Source: Candidatus Thorarchaeota archaeon
Lineage (GTDB): Archaea; Asgardarchaeota; Thorarchaeia; Thorarchaeales; Thorarchaeaceae
Direction: 5' to 3'
DNA: 60,506 bases
Assembly: GCA_016839605.1 (NCBI GenBank)
Contig: JAEOTX010000150.1
Coordinates: 1 to 60,506 of the forward strand
Both the position numbers and the translations under genes were made by a program. The notes below the pieces were generated by a model. It was not told where the DNA came from, did not search any database, and saw only the letters and a program-made list of their open reading frames with translations. This document shows, piece by piece, positions 43,477 to 53,357 of this stretch (within the stretch, counting starts at the first letter, position 1; the number at the start of each line of letters is the position of its first letter).

Positions 43477-44000
43477 GCAAACCCTGCTCCGGCTCTGACT
43501 GCATCAATATCAAGCTTCAACGCATTTGACTTAACGAGATCATGAAGTGCGTCCTCTAGTGCCTTGGCAGGAAAGACTCCCGACTTCTTCACTAGAGCAC
43601 CCAGCATGACCATGTTTGAAACAAGACGCAATCCCATGTCATCGGCTGTCTTCATGGCTGGAACATTGACTATCTCAAAGTCATGCTCAGCTTCTTTGGG
43701 ATTTACAAGGTCCGGGTCTATCAGCAATACCCCTCCTTTCTTGGCACCAGGAAGATACATCTCGAAAGCCTTCTGTGACATCAGGACACTATAATCTGCT
43801 TCACGGACCTTGGGGTATCGTATCTGCTCATCACTGATGATCACCTCGCTCTTGGCTGCGGTCCCTCTGGCTTCTGAACCATAGCTCTGTGTCTGAACAG
43901 ACTCAAGGCCGGCGTGCACAACAGCAGCATGCCCCAAGATTACTCCTGTAAGCACAACACCCATTCCACCAGTGCCAGCAATACGAAACTCTGTCCTCAT
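43473..44000 (-). CDS. 2-oxoacid:ferredoxin oxidoreductase, gamma subunit
   Basis: 175 aa. IAGTGGMGVVLTGVILG...SYGSEARGTAAKSEVIISD is typical of POR/KOR gamma. Confidence 0.85.
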   Translation of the reverse strand: MRTEFRIAGTGGMGVVLTGVILGHAAVVHAGLESVQTQSYGSEARGTAAKSEVIISDEQIRYPKVREADYSVLMSQKAFEMYLPGAKKGGVLLIDPDLVNPKEAEHDFEIVNVPAMKTADDMGLRLVSNMVMLGALVKKSGVFPAKALEDALHDLVKSNALKLDIDAVRAGAGFA

Positions 44001-44011
44001 AATACTTCAGC

Positions 44012-44833
44012 TCACGAGTCGACCATCTCTTTCAATGATTCCAAGAAAGAGGGTTCATTCCTATCCACAAAGACTCCGAGGTCTATAGAATCGTGTTTTG
44101 GCGTTCGATACTCCATCGGATCGTTCTTCTTCCGAACTGGCAGCTTCTTCATCCACTTTAGCATCTCGACAGGACCGCCTGCCTTGGTCCTTCGGCCATA
44201 TGCAGTCGGACATTGGCTAAGCATCTCCACAAATGTGAACCCCTTCCTCTCTAGAGCCGCCTTCATTGCTCTTGATGCTTGAAACGGATGTGCAGTAGTC
44301 CACCTGGCAACATAGTTTGCCCCCGCCGCTGCGACGAGTCTTGCAATATCGAACGGACGCTCTGGGTTGCCATATGGCGTTGTGCTTGTTCGGTCTCCAG
44401 TGAACGTCGTGGGTCCAACCTGTCCACCAGTCATTCCATATATCCAGTTGTTAGAGCAAATGACTGTGAGGTCCATATTGCGTCGGGCCGCATGGATGAG
44501 ATGGTTTCCTCCAATCGCAGCTAGGTCTCCGTCACCGCTTATCACAACGACCTCTTGCTCAGGTATAGCCAGCTTTAAACCTGTGGCAAAAGCAATTGCA
44601 CGGCCGTGAGTTGTATGTAGAGTGTCTGCACGGAAGTGTGGAGAAACTATCCAAGCGCCACAACCAATGCCTGAAACAAAGGCGAACTTACTAAGGTCCT
44701 CATGACCCAAGTCCTTCACTGCTTTAAGGAATGCTGAACCGGTTTCCATATTCCCGCAGCCTGGACAAAATGGGTGAGGAAGACACTCTTCACGTATGAA
44801 TTGTCTGGCGAAATGCTTTGAAGTGGCAGTCAT
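44012..44833 (-). CDS. 2-oxoacid:ferredoxin oxidoreductase, beta (TPP-binding) subunit
   Basis: CPGCG, GIGC, GDGD..AIGGNH and YGMTGGQ motifs. Confidence 0.9.
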   Translation of the reverse strand: MTATSKHFARQFIREECLPHPFCPGCGNMETGSAFLKAVKDLGHEDLSKFAFVSGIGCGAWIVSPHFRADTLHTTHGRAIAFATGLKLAIPEQEVVVISGDGDLAAIGGNHLIHAARRNMDLTVICSNNWIYGMTGGQVGPTTFTGDRTSTTPYGNPERPFDIARLVAAAGANYVARWTTAHPFQASRAMKAALERKGFTFVEMLSQCPTAYGRRTKAGGPVEMLKWMKKLPVRKKNDPMEYRTPKHDSIDLGVFVDRNEPSFLESLKEMVDS

Positions 44834-44978
44834 GGTATAGACCCACTTCGTCTTCGAGGTGAGAGACTAATAATCCATTCTCTAAGGGACCATTATGCAT
44901 TCCGTCAAAGCATCACGCTTAAAACGACATGGCAAGACGCCTTGTTTCGCAGAGATTACACTCTAAGGTGATATTAGA

Positions 44979-45407
44979 ATGTCAGATGTCGTAGCGATGC
45001 GTGTCTTTAATCGCGAGCTTGCCTCAGTTATTGGCGCGACAATAGAAGTTGTCATCAATACTGGTGACACATATGTTGGTACTCTGAGAGGCATTGATCA
45101 GACTAGTCTGAGCATAGTTCTCTCAGATGTTGAATCCAAGAAGGGGCCTATACCCAGAATCTTCCTCTATGGTAGCAGCATTGTTTCATTCTCAGTTGCA
45201 GAGAGAGAAGTAAGTCTAGAGGGTCTCGTGAAGGAGCTTGAAAAAGCATTCCCACCTGGCGGTGTGCAGTATTTTGCTGAACAGCCGCTTATCTTGGTCA
45301 TGAACAAGATAAGAATCACACCAGAAGGCGTCGATGGAACTGGCCCACTCTATGAGCGTGTGGCACAGATTGCTGATGAATGGTTCAAAGAACATGGACT
45401 AGACTGA
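44979..45407 (+). CDS. Sm-like (LSm) fold protein with C-terminal extension (tentative)
   Basis: IEVVINTGDTYVGTLRGIDQTSLSIVLSDV...RIFLYGSSIVSF follows the Sm1/Sm2 pattern, except that the usual Asn is missing. Confidence 0.45.
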   Translation: MSDVVAMRVFNRELASVIGATIEVVINTGDTYVGTLRGIDQTSLSIVLSDVESKKGPIPRIFLYGSSIVSFSVAEREVSLEGLVKELEKAFPPGGVQYFAEQPLILVMNKIRITPEGVDGTGPLYERVAQIADEWFKEHGLD

Positions 45408-45504
45408 TTTACAATATGCAAAAACAAGACATACTGAAGACTTAATCAGTCCATACTAGTCCAAATTAGGTTCTCTGCTGCGACTCTGGACTATTCGATA
45501 GTCT

Positions 45505-46773
45505 TCATAGAATTCTTCGGAGACCGAGTTCTTTCGGTTCCTTCTGCTTCTCTTCACGAGGCTTGCGCTGCATTAACTTTCTCTCTAACGGCTTTAGACG
45601 GTCTTCCCATGATGGTCGGTCCGTAATGGATGGAGCCTTCCCAAAGCTCCGCGCTTTTCCAGAGGCAGACTTTGAAGCAGTGGCGCTTACGTGCGATGCT
45701 AGAATACCAAGTTCAGAGAGTCGGGCTCTGCCTACCAGTTTTGATGCTGTGGACTCATCTTTTGAGCGAGGCAGCAATTGAGGACTCTTTACCCCTGTGA
45801 GTATCAACATCACTCGTAGCACCCCACTCAGGCGTGGATCGACTCTTGCACCCCAAATCACGTTTGCATCTGTGCTCATCTTTTCTGAAACCAATTCGCC
45901 TACCTTGTTTGACTCAGCCAGTGACATGTCAGGACCACCTGTGATGTGTATCAAGGCTCCTGTAGCACCACTCCACTCTACCTCAAGTAGGGGACTATTC
46001 AAAGCGTTTCGAATTGCATTATTTGCCCTGTCAGACCCGGTAGCCTCACCAAGGCCAACAAGTGCAACACCGCCGTTACAGATTATTGTGCGCACATCCG
46101 CATAGTCCAAATTGATCAAACTGGGCATCGTGATAGTTTCGGTGATTCCTTTCACCATGTTTGCAAGGACTTCATCTGCAACTCCAAATGCTTCCTCAAG
46201 TGGTAAATCTGGCACTAGCTCCATGAGTTTCTGATTGTCAATGACCACTGCAGTATCAACGTTCTCCTGAAGACGTGCTAGACCAGCTGTTGCTTTATCA
46301 ATGCGGGTCCTTTCTAGGCTGAATGGCATTGTAATGACTCCGACAACAATGGCATCATTCTTCTTAGCAATTTCAGCGACTACCGGTGCACTTCCGGTCC
46401 CGGTGCCTCCGCCCATCCCTGCAGCAATGAATACAAGGTCGGCATCACGAAGAAGCTCTGTGAGCTGATGGGTGGACTCCTCTGCTGCTGCTTGACCAAC
46501 ATGTGGATATCCCCCTGCACCAAGACCACGTGTTATTCGCTCCCCAATCAGGAGCTTCCTATGAGCCGTGGTCACAGCTAGGTGCTGTCGATCCGTATTG
46601 ATAGCAACACACTCAGCACCTTGTACACCAATTGTCATCAGCCGCTTCACTGTGTTGTTGCCTGCACCGCCGCAACCGATGACCACAATCCTCGCCTGAC
46701 CCATGTCACGCGGAGTAATTCCAACCCTCTCTGTGCGACTGTGTTCTCTTGCTGAATCAATCAGTGATTTCAT
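45505..46773 (-). CDS. ftsZ: cell division GTPase FtsZ with extended C-terminal tail
   Basis: [10 protein letters not shown] and [19 protein letters not shown] (tubulin signature), plus NLDYADV. Confidence 0.95.
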   Translation of the reverse strand: MKSLIDSAREHSRTERVGITPRDMGQARIVVIGCGGAGNNTVKRLMTIGVQGAECVAINTDRQHLAVTTAHRKLLIGERITRGLGAGGYPHVGQAAAEESTHQLTELLRDADLVFIAAGMGGGTGTGSAPVVAEIAKKNDAIVVGVITMPFSLERTRIDKATAGLARLQENVDTAVVIDNQKLMELVPDLPLEEAFGVADEVLANMVKGITETITMPSLINLDYADVRTIICNGGVALVGLGEATGSDRANNAIRNALNSPLLEVEWSGATGALIHITGGPDMSLAESNKVGELVSEKMSTDANVIWGARVDPRLSGVLRVMLILTGVKSPQLLPRSKDESTASKLVGRARLSELGILASHVSATASKSASGKARSFGKAPSITDRPSWEDRLKPLERKLMQRKPREEKQKEPKELGLRRIL

Positions 46774-46955
46774 TGTCCTACGACCTCACCAGCGCTAACA
46801 CCACTTTTCATGCTGCGCTCCCAAAGCTCACGCTTCAGTAGATCCCTGATTGCTATTCTTATGGCCTCAGAACGGTTGGGATAGAGTCCACGTTTCACTA
46901 GTCGTTGGATATCTTCGATTATCCTCTCGGGGAGATGCACAGCGATGAGACGCAT
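46770..46955 (-). CDS. ribbon-helix-helix (CopG-like) protein upstream of and overlapping ftsZ (CdrS-like)
   Basis: 61 aa. MRLIAVHLPERIIEDIQRLVKRGLYPNRSEAIRIAIRDLL is a canonical RHH. The 4-nt ATGA overlap with ftsZ indicates an operon. The position mirrors the cdrS-ftsZ2 arrangement described in haloarchaea. Confidence 0.7.
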   Translation of the reverse strand: MRLIAVHLPERIIEDIQRLVKRGLYPNRSEAIRIAIRDLLKRELWERSMKSGVSAGEVVGQ

Positions 46956-46959
46956 TACT

Positions 46960-46979
46960 AGACCTCTATATAGAGGTCT
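46960..46979. promoter_or_regulatory. perfect 20-nt palindrome AGACCTCTATATAGAGGTCT
   Basis: Read directly from the sequence. It ends 5 nt upstream of the RHH start codon and is centred on TATATA. It is a candidate operator. Confidence 0.5.
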
Positions 46980-47056
46980 TAATGTCGAGATATGAATGTG
47001 GATATTACCAAGGTGTTAGCTTCTCAAGGCATTCTAGGATTTGAAAAGAAAGGTTG

Positions 47057-47078
47057 GAGAAGAGGAAGACCTCTTCTC
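47057..47078 (-). terminator. hairpin GAGAAGAGG-N4-CCTCTTCTC after rpl2
   Basis: Perfect 9-bp stem starting 5 nt after the rpl2 stop, followed on the transcribed strand by a T-rich run (CTTTCTTTTC). Confidence 0.5.
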
Positions 47079-47082
47079 AGCT

Positions 47083-47802
47083 CTACTTCTTACGACCAGT
47101 ACGTCTGGCTGCGATGTTGCCTACTTTGCGCCCAGGAGGAGCATGTCTGCTCACAGTCGTTGGTCTACCAGGAGACTGATGCGATCCACCACCATGTGGG
47201 TGGCTAGCTGCATTCATGGCAGCACCGCGGGTCACCGGCCACTTTCGGGCTTTGCCGCGCGTGTGATGCCAGACAGCACCTGCTTTGAGGAAAGGTTTCT
47301 CTGTCCTTCCTCCACCAGCTACAATTCCAATAGTCGCTCTGGACCTCGGACTAAACGCCTTCTGTTTCCCGCTCGGCAGTCGCACCATAGCCTTGGACTT
47401 GTCAATAGATACGATTGTTGCCGTTAGTCCGGATGAACGGACATATTTGCCACCGTCTCCAGGACTGCCCTCGATGTTATAGACAGGAGTACCCTCTGGA
47501 ATGTGCTGAAGCATCATAGTGTTGCCGTTCTGTAATGCTGCGTCCTCGCCGCACTCAACAACTTGACCCACCTGAACGCCCTCTGGTGCAATCATGTAGT
47601 GTATCTTTGACTCGCCCTCGTACTTAATTTGCGCGAGAGGTGCACCTCGACCTGCTTCATGTTGTAGCTTCAATATCCTACCAAAGTAGGTCTTGTCGGG
47701 CGCCCACTTGGGATGTCTAGCCGGTGCAATCTTTTTGTGACTTGGACTCCTCCATTGAGTTGTGCCCCTTCCCTTTCGCTGTACGAGTATACGTCTACCC
47801 AT
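47083..47802 (-). CDS. rpl2: 50S ribosomal protein uL2
   Basis: MGRRILVQRKGRGT.., GTPVYNIE and HPHGGG motifs. Confidence 0.97.
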   Translation of the reverse strand: MGRRILVQRKGRGTTQWRSPSHKKIAPARHPKWAPDKTYFGRILKLQHEAGRGAPLAQIKYEGESKIHYMIAPEGVQVGQVVECGEDAALQNGNTMMLQHIPEGTPVYNIEGSPGDGGKYVRSSGLTATIVSIDKSKAMVRLPSGKQKAFSPRSRATIGIVAGGGRTEKPFLKAGAVWHHTRGKARKWPVTRGAAMNAASHPHGGGSHQSPGRPTTVSRHAPPGRKVGNIAARRTGRKK

Positions 47803-47814
47803 ATGACGACCTCC

Positions 47815-48075
47815 TTAGAATATCCCGAGGTTGGTTGCAACCTCAGCGGCACTGTAATCTGGTGCCAGACGCACGAATGCCTTCTTCTTTCCATCAGGCA
47901 GTATCAGCGTGTTGACGTTATCCACTACAACCTCGTAGAGGGATTCCACAGCCCATCGAATAGTGTTCTTGTTTGCTCTCCGGTCCACAAAGAAAGTGAG
48001 CTTGTTATGACTGTCCACAGCCTCTAAGCTTGCTTCTGTGACTACTGGTCGAATGATGACTTGATTCGGATCCAT
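47815..48075 (-). CDS. rpl23: 50S ribosomal protein uL23
   Basis: 86 aa. IIRPVVTE.S......NKLTF.VD..ANK..I..AVE.LY.V.V..VNT. Confidence 0.93.
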   Translation of the reverse strand: MDPNQVIIRPVVTEASLEAVDSHNKLTFFVDRRANKNTIRWAVESLYEVVVDNVNTLILPDGKKKAFVRLAPDYSAAEVATNLGIF

Positions 48076-48086
48076 CCCATCTCACC

Positions 48087-48875
48087 TCACAAAAACAGGG
48101 CCTCTTTCTCAAGCCGCTCGATGGCGGATGTTGTCCATAGCACAAGTCGGCCTGGGTGTGTCCCCGGTGCCAACAGGTCTGCATTCAGTCCATGAACCTC
48201 GGCAATGTCAACGCCTGGAAGGTTCCGGGCAGCCTTGACTATTCCCTGGTCCTGTCCCACAACAATCAGGAAGGACTTGGGGGTCTTCATCTTTCTTCCA
48301 CGCATTTTCCCTTTGCCTGCTCGCACCCCACGACCATTGATTGCCCGCATGAGATCGTCTTCAAGACCAAGTGCTGATACAACCTCACGGACCTCCTTTG
48401 TGGTCTTCAGTGTTTCAAGCTTGTCACTGACTACGAGGGGTACTGAGGGTACGGAGTCAGTCTTATGGCCTCTCTGCTCTACGAACTTCTTGATTGCCGT
48501 AGCTGCAATAGCAGAACGAATAGCAAGACGGTTCTCTTTCTTATTGATTCTCTCAATGATAACCTTCCGAGCTTCGGGTGGATGGGCAACTCGGCCTCCA
48601 ACTGTCCCAGGAGCAAAACCCGCCTTATTAGCTGCTGGAGTCCCACTGCCCTTTACTCGAGGCATTCTTGATCTTCCGTGACCAGTCTGCCAGCTCTGGG
48701 CTGTGTTTCGCTTCCCAGCGTATTCATCCACACCATGAGGTTGACGCCTCCTGGACTGAACTGCAAGTACAGCTCGCTTGATAATATCCGGTCGATATGC
48801 AGTTTCGAATTGAACAGGAAGCTTGATTGTGGGACCAGCCTTTCCCTTCAGCGAATATGTCTTTACATTAGCCAT
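48087..48875 (-). CDS. rpl4: 50S ribosomal protein uL4
   Basis: 262 aa. RRQPHGV...AGKR, GHGRSRMPRVKG and the position between uL3 and uL23. Confidence 0.95.
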   Translation of the reverse strand: MANVKTYSLKGKAGPTIKLPVQFETAYRPDIIKRAVLAVQSRRRQPHGVDEYAGKRNTAQSWQTGHGRSRMPRVKGSGTPAANKAGFAPGTVGGRVAHPPEARKVIIERINKKENRLAIRSAIAATAIKKFVEQRGHKTDSVPSVPLVVSDKLETLKTTKEVREVVSALGLEDDLMRAINGRGVRAGKGKMRGRKMKTPKSFLIVVGQDQGIVKAARNLPGVDIAEVHGLNADLLAPGTHPGRLVLWTTSAIERLEKEALFL

Positions 48876-48892
48876 TTATCTTCAACCTCCTG

Positions 48893-49900
48893 TTATTGCT
48901 TGGACGTGGTGCTAATGTAGTTCACCTGAGTCACCTGTCCAAGATGAGCCCTCTTAGGTCGAATTGCGAGTCTTAGTCGGACTGGTCTCTTGACCGCACC
49001 TGGGATAGAACCCCACAGGATGACGTAGTCACCTCGGATCACACCATAGTTCACAAAGCCTCCAGATGGTGTGATTTCCTCACCACGCTCGCCCATCTTG
49101 AGTACTTCATTATTGAAACTGGTACGAGTGTGAAAGCCTGTCTGACCAGGACGTGGAACGCTGTAGCGGATGTTAGAGGGTGACCAAGGACCTATGCAAC
49201 CGACACCACGCTTAGTCTTGCGTGACTTGTGTTGGAGAATTCTGACTCCCCACCGGCGAACTGGGCCTTGAAATCCATGTCCCTTTGTAACAGCAATTGT
49301 GTCAATCAGAATCCCTTCTCGAAGGATGTCTGCAACACGTATGTCATTGCCCAAGACGCTTTTGGCATACTCAAAGGCTTCCTGAACATTGGAAGCCCCA
49401 ATCTTGTATTCTGTAATGTCAGGTTTCTTTTTTGGCACGCCAGCAAGTCGTGGTTGGGTATGGATTAACACACGAATCTCATCGAATGTATCAAGCTGTG
49501 CCTCGAACTCCTTCATCTTTGCCTTGTGTTTATACTTCTTAGGCAGGGGCATCGTCTTTCGCAGATCTTCAGAGAGATTGTCTGCCAATACCTCTGCAAC
49601 GAGTTTTCGACCATAGACTGTGGTCTTGTATCCACGAATGGAGAAGGGTCTGATTGGAGGTGTGTCAACAATCGTGACAGGAATTACCCTCTCCTGACCC
49701 TTGAATGGACTCTCTTGATTCTGAACAGTCATCACTGCGTGAGACATTCCAGCCTTGAATCCAACGAAACCAAGTAGTTTGGCATCGGAACCATCGTGCT
49801 CGGGCCAGTTCTTAATCCTTGGCAAGAATTTTGATGCCCTTCCTCTAGGAAGATAAGCAAGACTTCCTCGTCTAGGCGCATGTTTCTTTCTATGTGCCAT
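48893..49900 (-). CDS. rpl3: 50S ribosomal protein uL3
   Basis: MAHRKKHAPRRGSLAY.PR.RA, FKAGMSHA, TKGHGFQG and TGFHTRT. Confidence 0.97.
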   Translation of the reverse strand: MAHRKKHAPRRGSLAYLPRGRASKFLPRIKNWPEHDGSDAKLLGFVGFKAGMSHAVMTVQNQESPFKGQERVIPVTIVDTPPIRPFSIRGYKTTVYGRKLVAEVLADNLSEDLRKTMPLPKKYKHKAKMKEFEAQLDTFDEIRVLIHTQPRLAGVPKKKPDITEYKIGASNVQEAFEYAKSVLGNDIRVADILREGILIDTIAVTKGHGFQGPVRRWGVRILQHKSRKTKRGVGCIGPWSPSNIRYSVPRPGQTGFHTRTSFNNEVLKMGERGEEITPSGGFVNYGVIRGDYVILWGSIPGAVKRPVRLRLAIRPKRAHLGQVTQVNYISTTSKQ

Positions 49901-50045
49901 TTAGTGTTCACCTTGTAGTTTTGCAGCCCAGTCGTTTCTATTGCGAATTATCCAGTAGTAGTATGGTCTGACAGCTGAGCTATTCGTACTACCGGCGGCG
50001 CCATTCAGAAGTGCGCTTTTTAAGCTTCCCCTCTGACTCAAACTC

Positions 50046-52457
50046 TCAGAATCGGGTCTGTTCCGTTCTGGATATAATCTCGTCTTGAAGCGGCTTGCCG
50101 AGATTGACGAAGTAATCACTGTAACCTGCCACTCTCACAATTAGGTCGCGATATTTCTCTGGGTTCTGTTGCGCCTCAAGTAGTGTATCTCTCTCAATCA
50201 CATTGAATTGGATGTGGTGGCCTCCCAGCTTGAAGTACGCCCTAACTAGATGTGCCAGTTTAGACCTGCCTTCTTTATCAGCGACTATGTCTGGCATCAG
50301 CTTTTGGTTCAAGAGGGTCCCACCAGTTCGCGAATGGTCAATCTTTGCCACTGACTTGATGACTGCTGTTGGGCCATTTGTGTCAGCGCCATGAGATGGA
50401 GAAACACCATCAGAAAGTGGCTTACCGGCTTTGCGCCCATTTGGAGTAGCACCAGTGACTTGTCCAAAGTAGATATGAACCGTTGTGGGGAGAAGATTCA
50501 CACGATATTCTCCACCCTTTGTATTGGGTCGACCATCTAATACATCGAAATACTCATCGAATATTGACTTTGCAATGTTATCTGCATAGTCATCATCGTT
50601 GCCATACGCGGGGCTTTTATTTACAAGCATCTGACGGACTGGTTCATGACTTTCAAAGTCTTCTTTCATTACTTTGAGCAGATCTACCATTGGAAGTGTC
50701 TTCTTGTCATAGACATGATACTTCATAGCTGAAAGGGAGTCTGTCAAGGTGCCCATTCCAACGCCTTGAATGTAGGTAGAGTTGTATCTTGACCCGCCGT
50801 CATGGTAGTCCTTGGCCTGTTCTATGCAGTCATCCATCAGCAAGGACATGAATGGGGAGGGCATATATTGGGCATAGAGTCGTTCGATGATGTTGTTGCC
50901 CTTGATTTTCAAGTCTACAAAATGCTTCAACTGCTTCTTGAATGCCTCAAACAACTCATCATAGGAACCGAATTCCTCGGGATTCCCGGTTTCGATCCCC
51001 ACAGTCTTCCCAGACAAGGGATCAATTCCATTGTTCAATGTGATTTCTAGGATCTTTGGCCAATTCAGGTAACCCGTAAGTATGACACTCTCCTTTCCGA
51101 AAGCGCCTACCGTGACGCATCCACTGGGTCCACCAGCTCGGGCATCTTCAATTGATTTGCCCATCCGCAGAAACTCTTTGATTATGACATCAGTGTTGAA
51201 CATAGATGGCTGGCCAAGCCCGGTACTTACTACATCCACAGCTTTGAGTAGAAAATCTTCGGGGTTCTTCTCACTGATTTGGACACACACACTTGGCATG
51301 ATGAGCTGCATGTCTTCACAGACCTCAAGCAAGAGGTATGAGAGGTCATTTACTGCATCGTTACCATCTATTGTGAGACCGCCCGTGTTGATGAGAGTGA
51401 AGTCTTGGTAGGTACCACTCTGTTCCTCTGTGATATCCACTTTGGGCGGCGCAGGCTGATTGTGGAACTTCACCCAATAACTCTGAAGTAGCTCCTTTGC
51501 AAAATCCCGAGTCATTAATCCCTCCTCGATATCACGCTTATAGAAGGGATAGAGATTGACATCAAGTCGGCCTGGATTAAATGAGTCCCAAACGTTCAGC
51601 TCTATAACGACGCCAAGATGCACGAACCAGTACGCCTGCAAGGCTTCCCAAAAGCTACGAGGGGCGTTTCCAGGTACATGACTGCAAACCTCAGCGATTT
51701 TCTCAAGTTCCTTCTTTCTTTCAGGATTGCTCTCTGATTCTGCCAGCTCCTTAGCTTTGTCGGCATGACGTTGTGCGAACTCGATGATAGCCTTTGCAGC
51801 TATACGAATTGCCTTGAGCTCCTGTTCTTTGGAATATGCATCTTTGTCATTGTAGAAGTCAATCGTCTCTAAGCGATTATCAATGTCCTGAATAAAGTCC
51901 TTGATTCCCCTTCGGTATATCTTGTCGTCTAGAATCGCATGGCCAGGCGCTCGCTGCTCCATGAACTCAGTATAGACTCCTGCCTCGAATGCTAACATCC
52001 ATTCGTCCGACATCGCTGCGAAAACCCGTTCACGCATGGTTTGTCCCAACCAGAACGGGATGATGTCTTCACGGTAGACCTCTTTGGTGTCGTCACTGAC
52101 TATGAAACGAGACCTGACTCGGTTATTGCAGGCCTCTAGGTCAGAAACAGTGTGACAACACAGTTCAGGATATGTTGGAGTCGCTCTTGGGCTTGGTCCA
52201 CGCTCTCCAACAATCAACTCATCTTCGCCTATGTAGACCTCCTTATTTAGAAGGATGTATCGAAAAGCTCTAGCGCGAGCCACCGGAGTAGAGAGGTTAT
52301 CGGCGCCACCACTCTGATAGAAATCAGTGACTAACTCAGCCCGTTCAGTGGAGATGTAGGGATTTGTGCTGACACTTTGCTCTCTCAAGCGTCTGATTCT
52401 CTCCGTTGTCACGCTATGGCACCTCTGTGAGCTAGTATGCAGGGTAGTGTCAAACAT
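50046..52457 (-). CDS. glycyl-radical enzyme (pyruvate formate-lyase 2 / glycerol dehydratase family)
   Basis: 803 aa. C-terminal glycyl-radical motif RVAGYSDYF (Gly778) and an active-site-like GPSGCVTVG. Confidence 0.92.
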   Translation of the reverse strand: MFDTTLHTSSQRCHSVTTERIRRLREQSVSTNPYISTERAELVTDFYQSGGADNLSTPVARARAFRYILLNKEVYIGEDELIVGERGPSPRATPTYPELCCHTVSDLEACNNRVRSRFIVSDDTKEVYREDIIPFWLGQTMRERVFAAMSDEWMLAFEAGVYTEFMEQRAPGHAILDDKIYRRGIKDFIQDIDNRLETIDFYNDKDAYSKEQELKAIRIAAKAIIEFAQRHADKAKELAESESNPERKKELEKIAEVCSHVPGNAPRSFWEALQAYWFVHLGVVIELNVWDSFNPGRLDVNLYPFYKRDIEEGLMTRDFAKELLQSYWVKFHNQPAPPKVDITEEQSGTYQDFTLINTGGLTIDGNDAVNDLSYLLLEVCEDMQLIMPSVCVQISEKNPEDFLLKAVDVVSTGLGQPSMFNTDVIIKEFLRMGKSIEDARAGGPSGCVTVGAFGKESVILTGYLNWPKILEITLNNGIDPLSGKTVGIETGNPEEFGSYDELFEAFKKQLKHFVDLKIKGNNIIERLYAQYMPSPFMSLLMDDCIEQAKDYHDGGSRYNSTYIQGVGMGTLTDSLSAMKYHVYDKKTLPMVDLLKVMKEDFESHEPVRQMLVNKSPAYGNDDDYADNIAKSIFDEYFDVLDGRPNTKGGEYRVNLLPTTVHIYFGQVTGATPNGRKAGKPLSDGVSPSHGADTNGPTAVIKSVAKIDHSRTGGTLLNQKLMPDIVADKEGRSKLAHLVRAYFKLGGHHIQFNVIERDTLLEAQQNPEKYRDLIVRVAGYSDYFVNLGKPLQDEIISRTEQTRF

Positions 52458-52488
52458 CTTGTTTCTATAAAACCCACGGATATGGACA

Positions 52489-53346
52489 CTAGTTGTGAAA
52501 CCCTGGTGGAGTCACTATATTCCCCACAGATTTGTTGATCAATGCAAGACTCGCCAGGACTGCCTCCTCCAAACGTACGGTTTCAGTGCCTTGCCCTGTG
52601 ATTGTGTTCACCCAGAAGTCGGAATTCTCTTTGATTGCTTCCTTTTCGTCCAACAGGAGCTCACTCACACCTTGCTTTGGGCCGCCAAAGACTCCTAGGA
52701 TGGCCTTTGTATTGGACACTGTGGAAATGATCTCTTCCTCAAGTCGGTCATAAGGCGGTGCCTTCCTCGAGAAGATGATTCGGGTCATATGAGAAGACTC
52801 GCCCAATTTGTCTACAAGACTGGCTATTCTCTCTACTTCGAAGCCCCAATATTCATCAATCTCATGTCGACCAATAGCTTCGACACGAATTTTGGGATTG
52901 GTCTCGATGATTCGAAGGAGTGTGGGTGTTCTTTCACTCAGCGTTTCAGAATGGTCGATTAAAAGACCAACACCAATGTCTACCTTGCCTAGTCGCACTT
53001 GGACTCCCCACCTAATCATTCCTGCTGACAAATCTGAGGGTGTAGATTCCAACGGGTGGCTGCGAGTTCTCAGCGGTGGTAAGAGACCTGTAAACTTCAG
53101 CGATGGCGTCATGGGGAATATTCGCTTTCGAAGGTACTGAGGGGTGTCCATGAACTCAAATAGCCTCACTAACAGGTCTGAGTCCCGTTTTGCCTTTGAA
53201 CGCAGTTTACCAGTCTTATAGACAATCACACGTTCAACACGAAAAATAGCCATCGCTCTGGCTAGCAAACCTACCTTCACTGTCTTCTGACGTAGGTCAG
53301 AGCAGTCTATCAGCGATGTGTCAGGGATTGCGACTTGAAGACCCAA
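52489..53346 (-). CDS. putative SPOUT-superfamily RNA methyltransferase (DUF171 / SPOUT1-like)
   Basis: VAIPDTSLIDCSDLRQKTVKVGLLARAMAIFRVERVIVY is the characteristic N-terminus of this family. Confidence 0.7.
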   Translation of the reverse strand: MGLQVAIPDTSLIDCSDLRQKTVKVGLLARAMAIFRVERVIVYKTGKLRSKAKRDSDLLVRLFEFMDTPQYLRKRIFPMTPSLKFTGLLPPLRTRSHPLESTPSDLSAGMIRWGVQVRLGKVDIGVGLLIDHSETLSERTPTLLRIIETNPKIRVEAIGRHEIDEYWGFEVERIASLVDKLGESSHMTRIIFSRKAPPYDRLEEEIISTVSNTKAILGVFGGPKQGVSELLLDEKEAIKENSDFWVNTITGQGTETVRLEEAVLASLALINKSVGNIVTPPGFHN

Positions 53347-53357
53347 TTCTATTCCCT

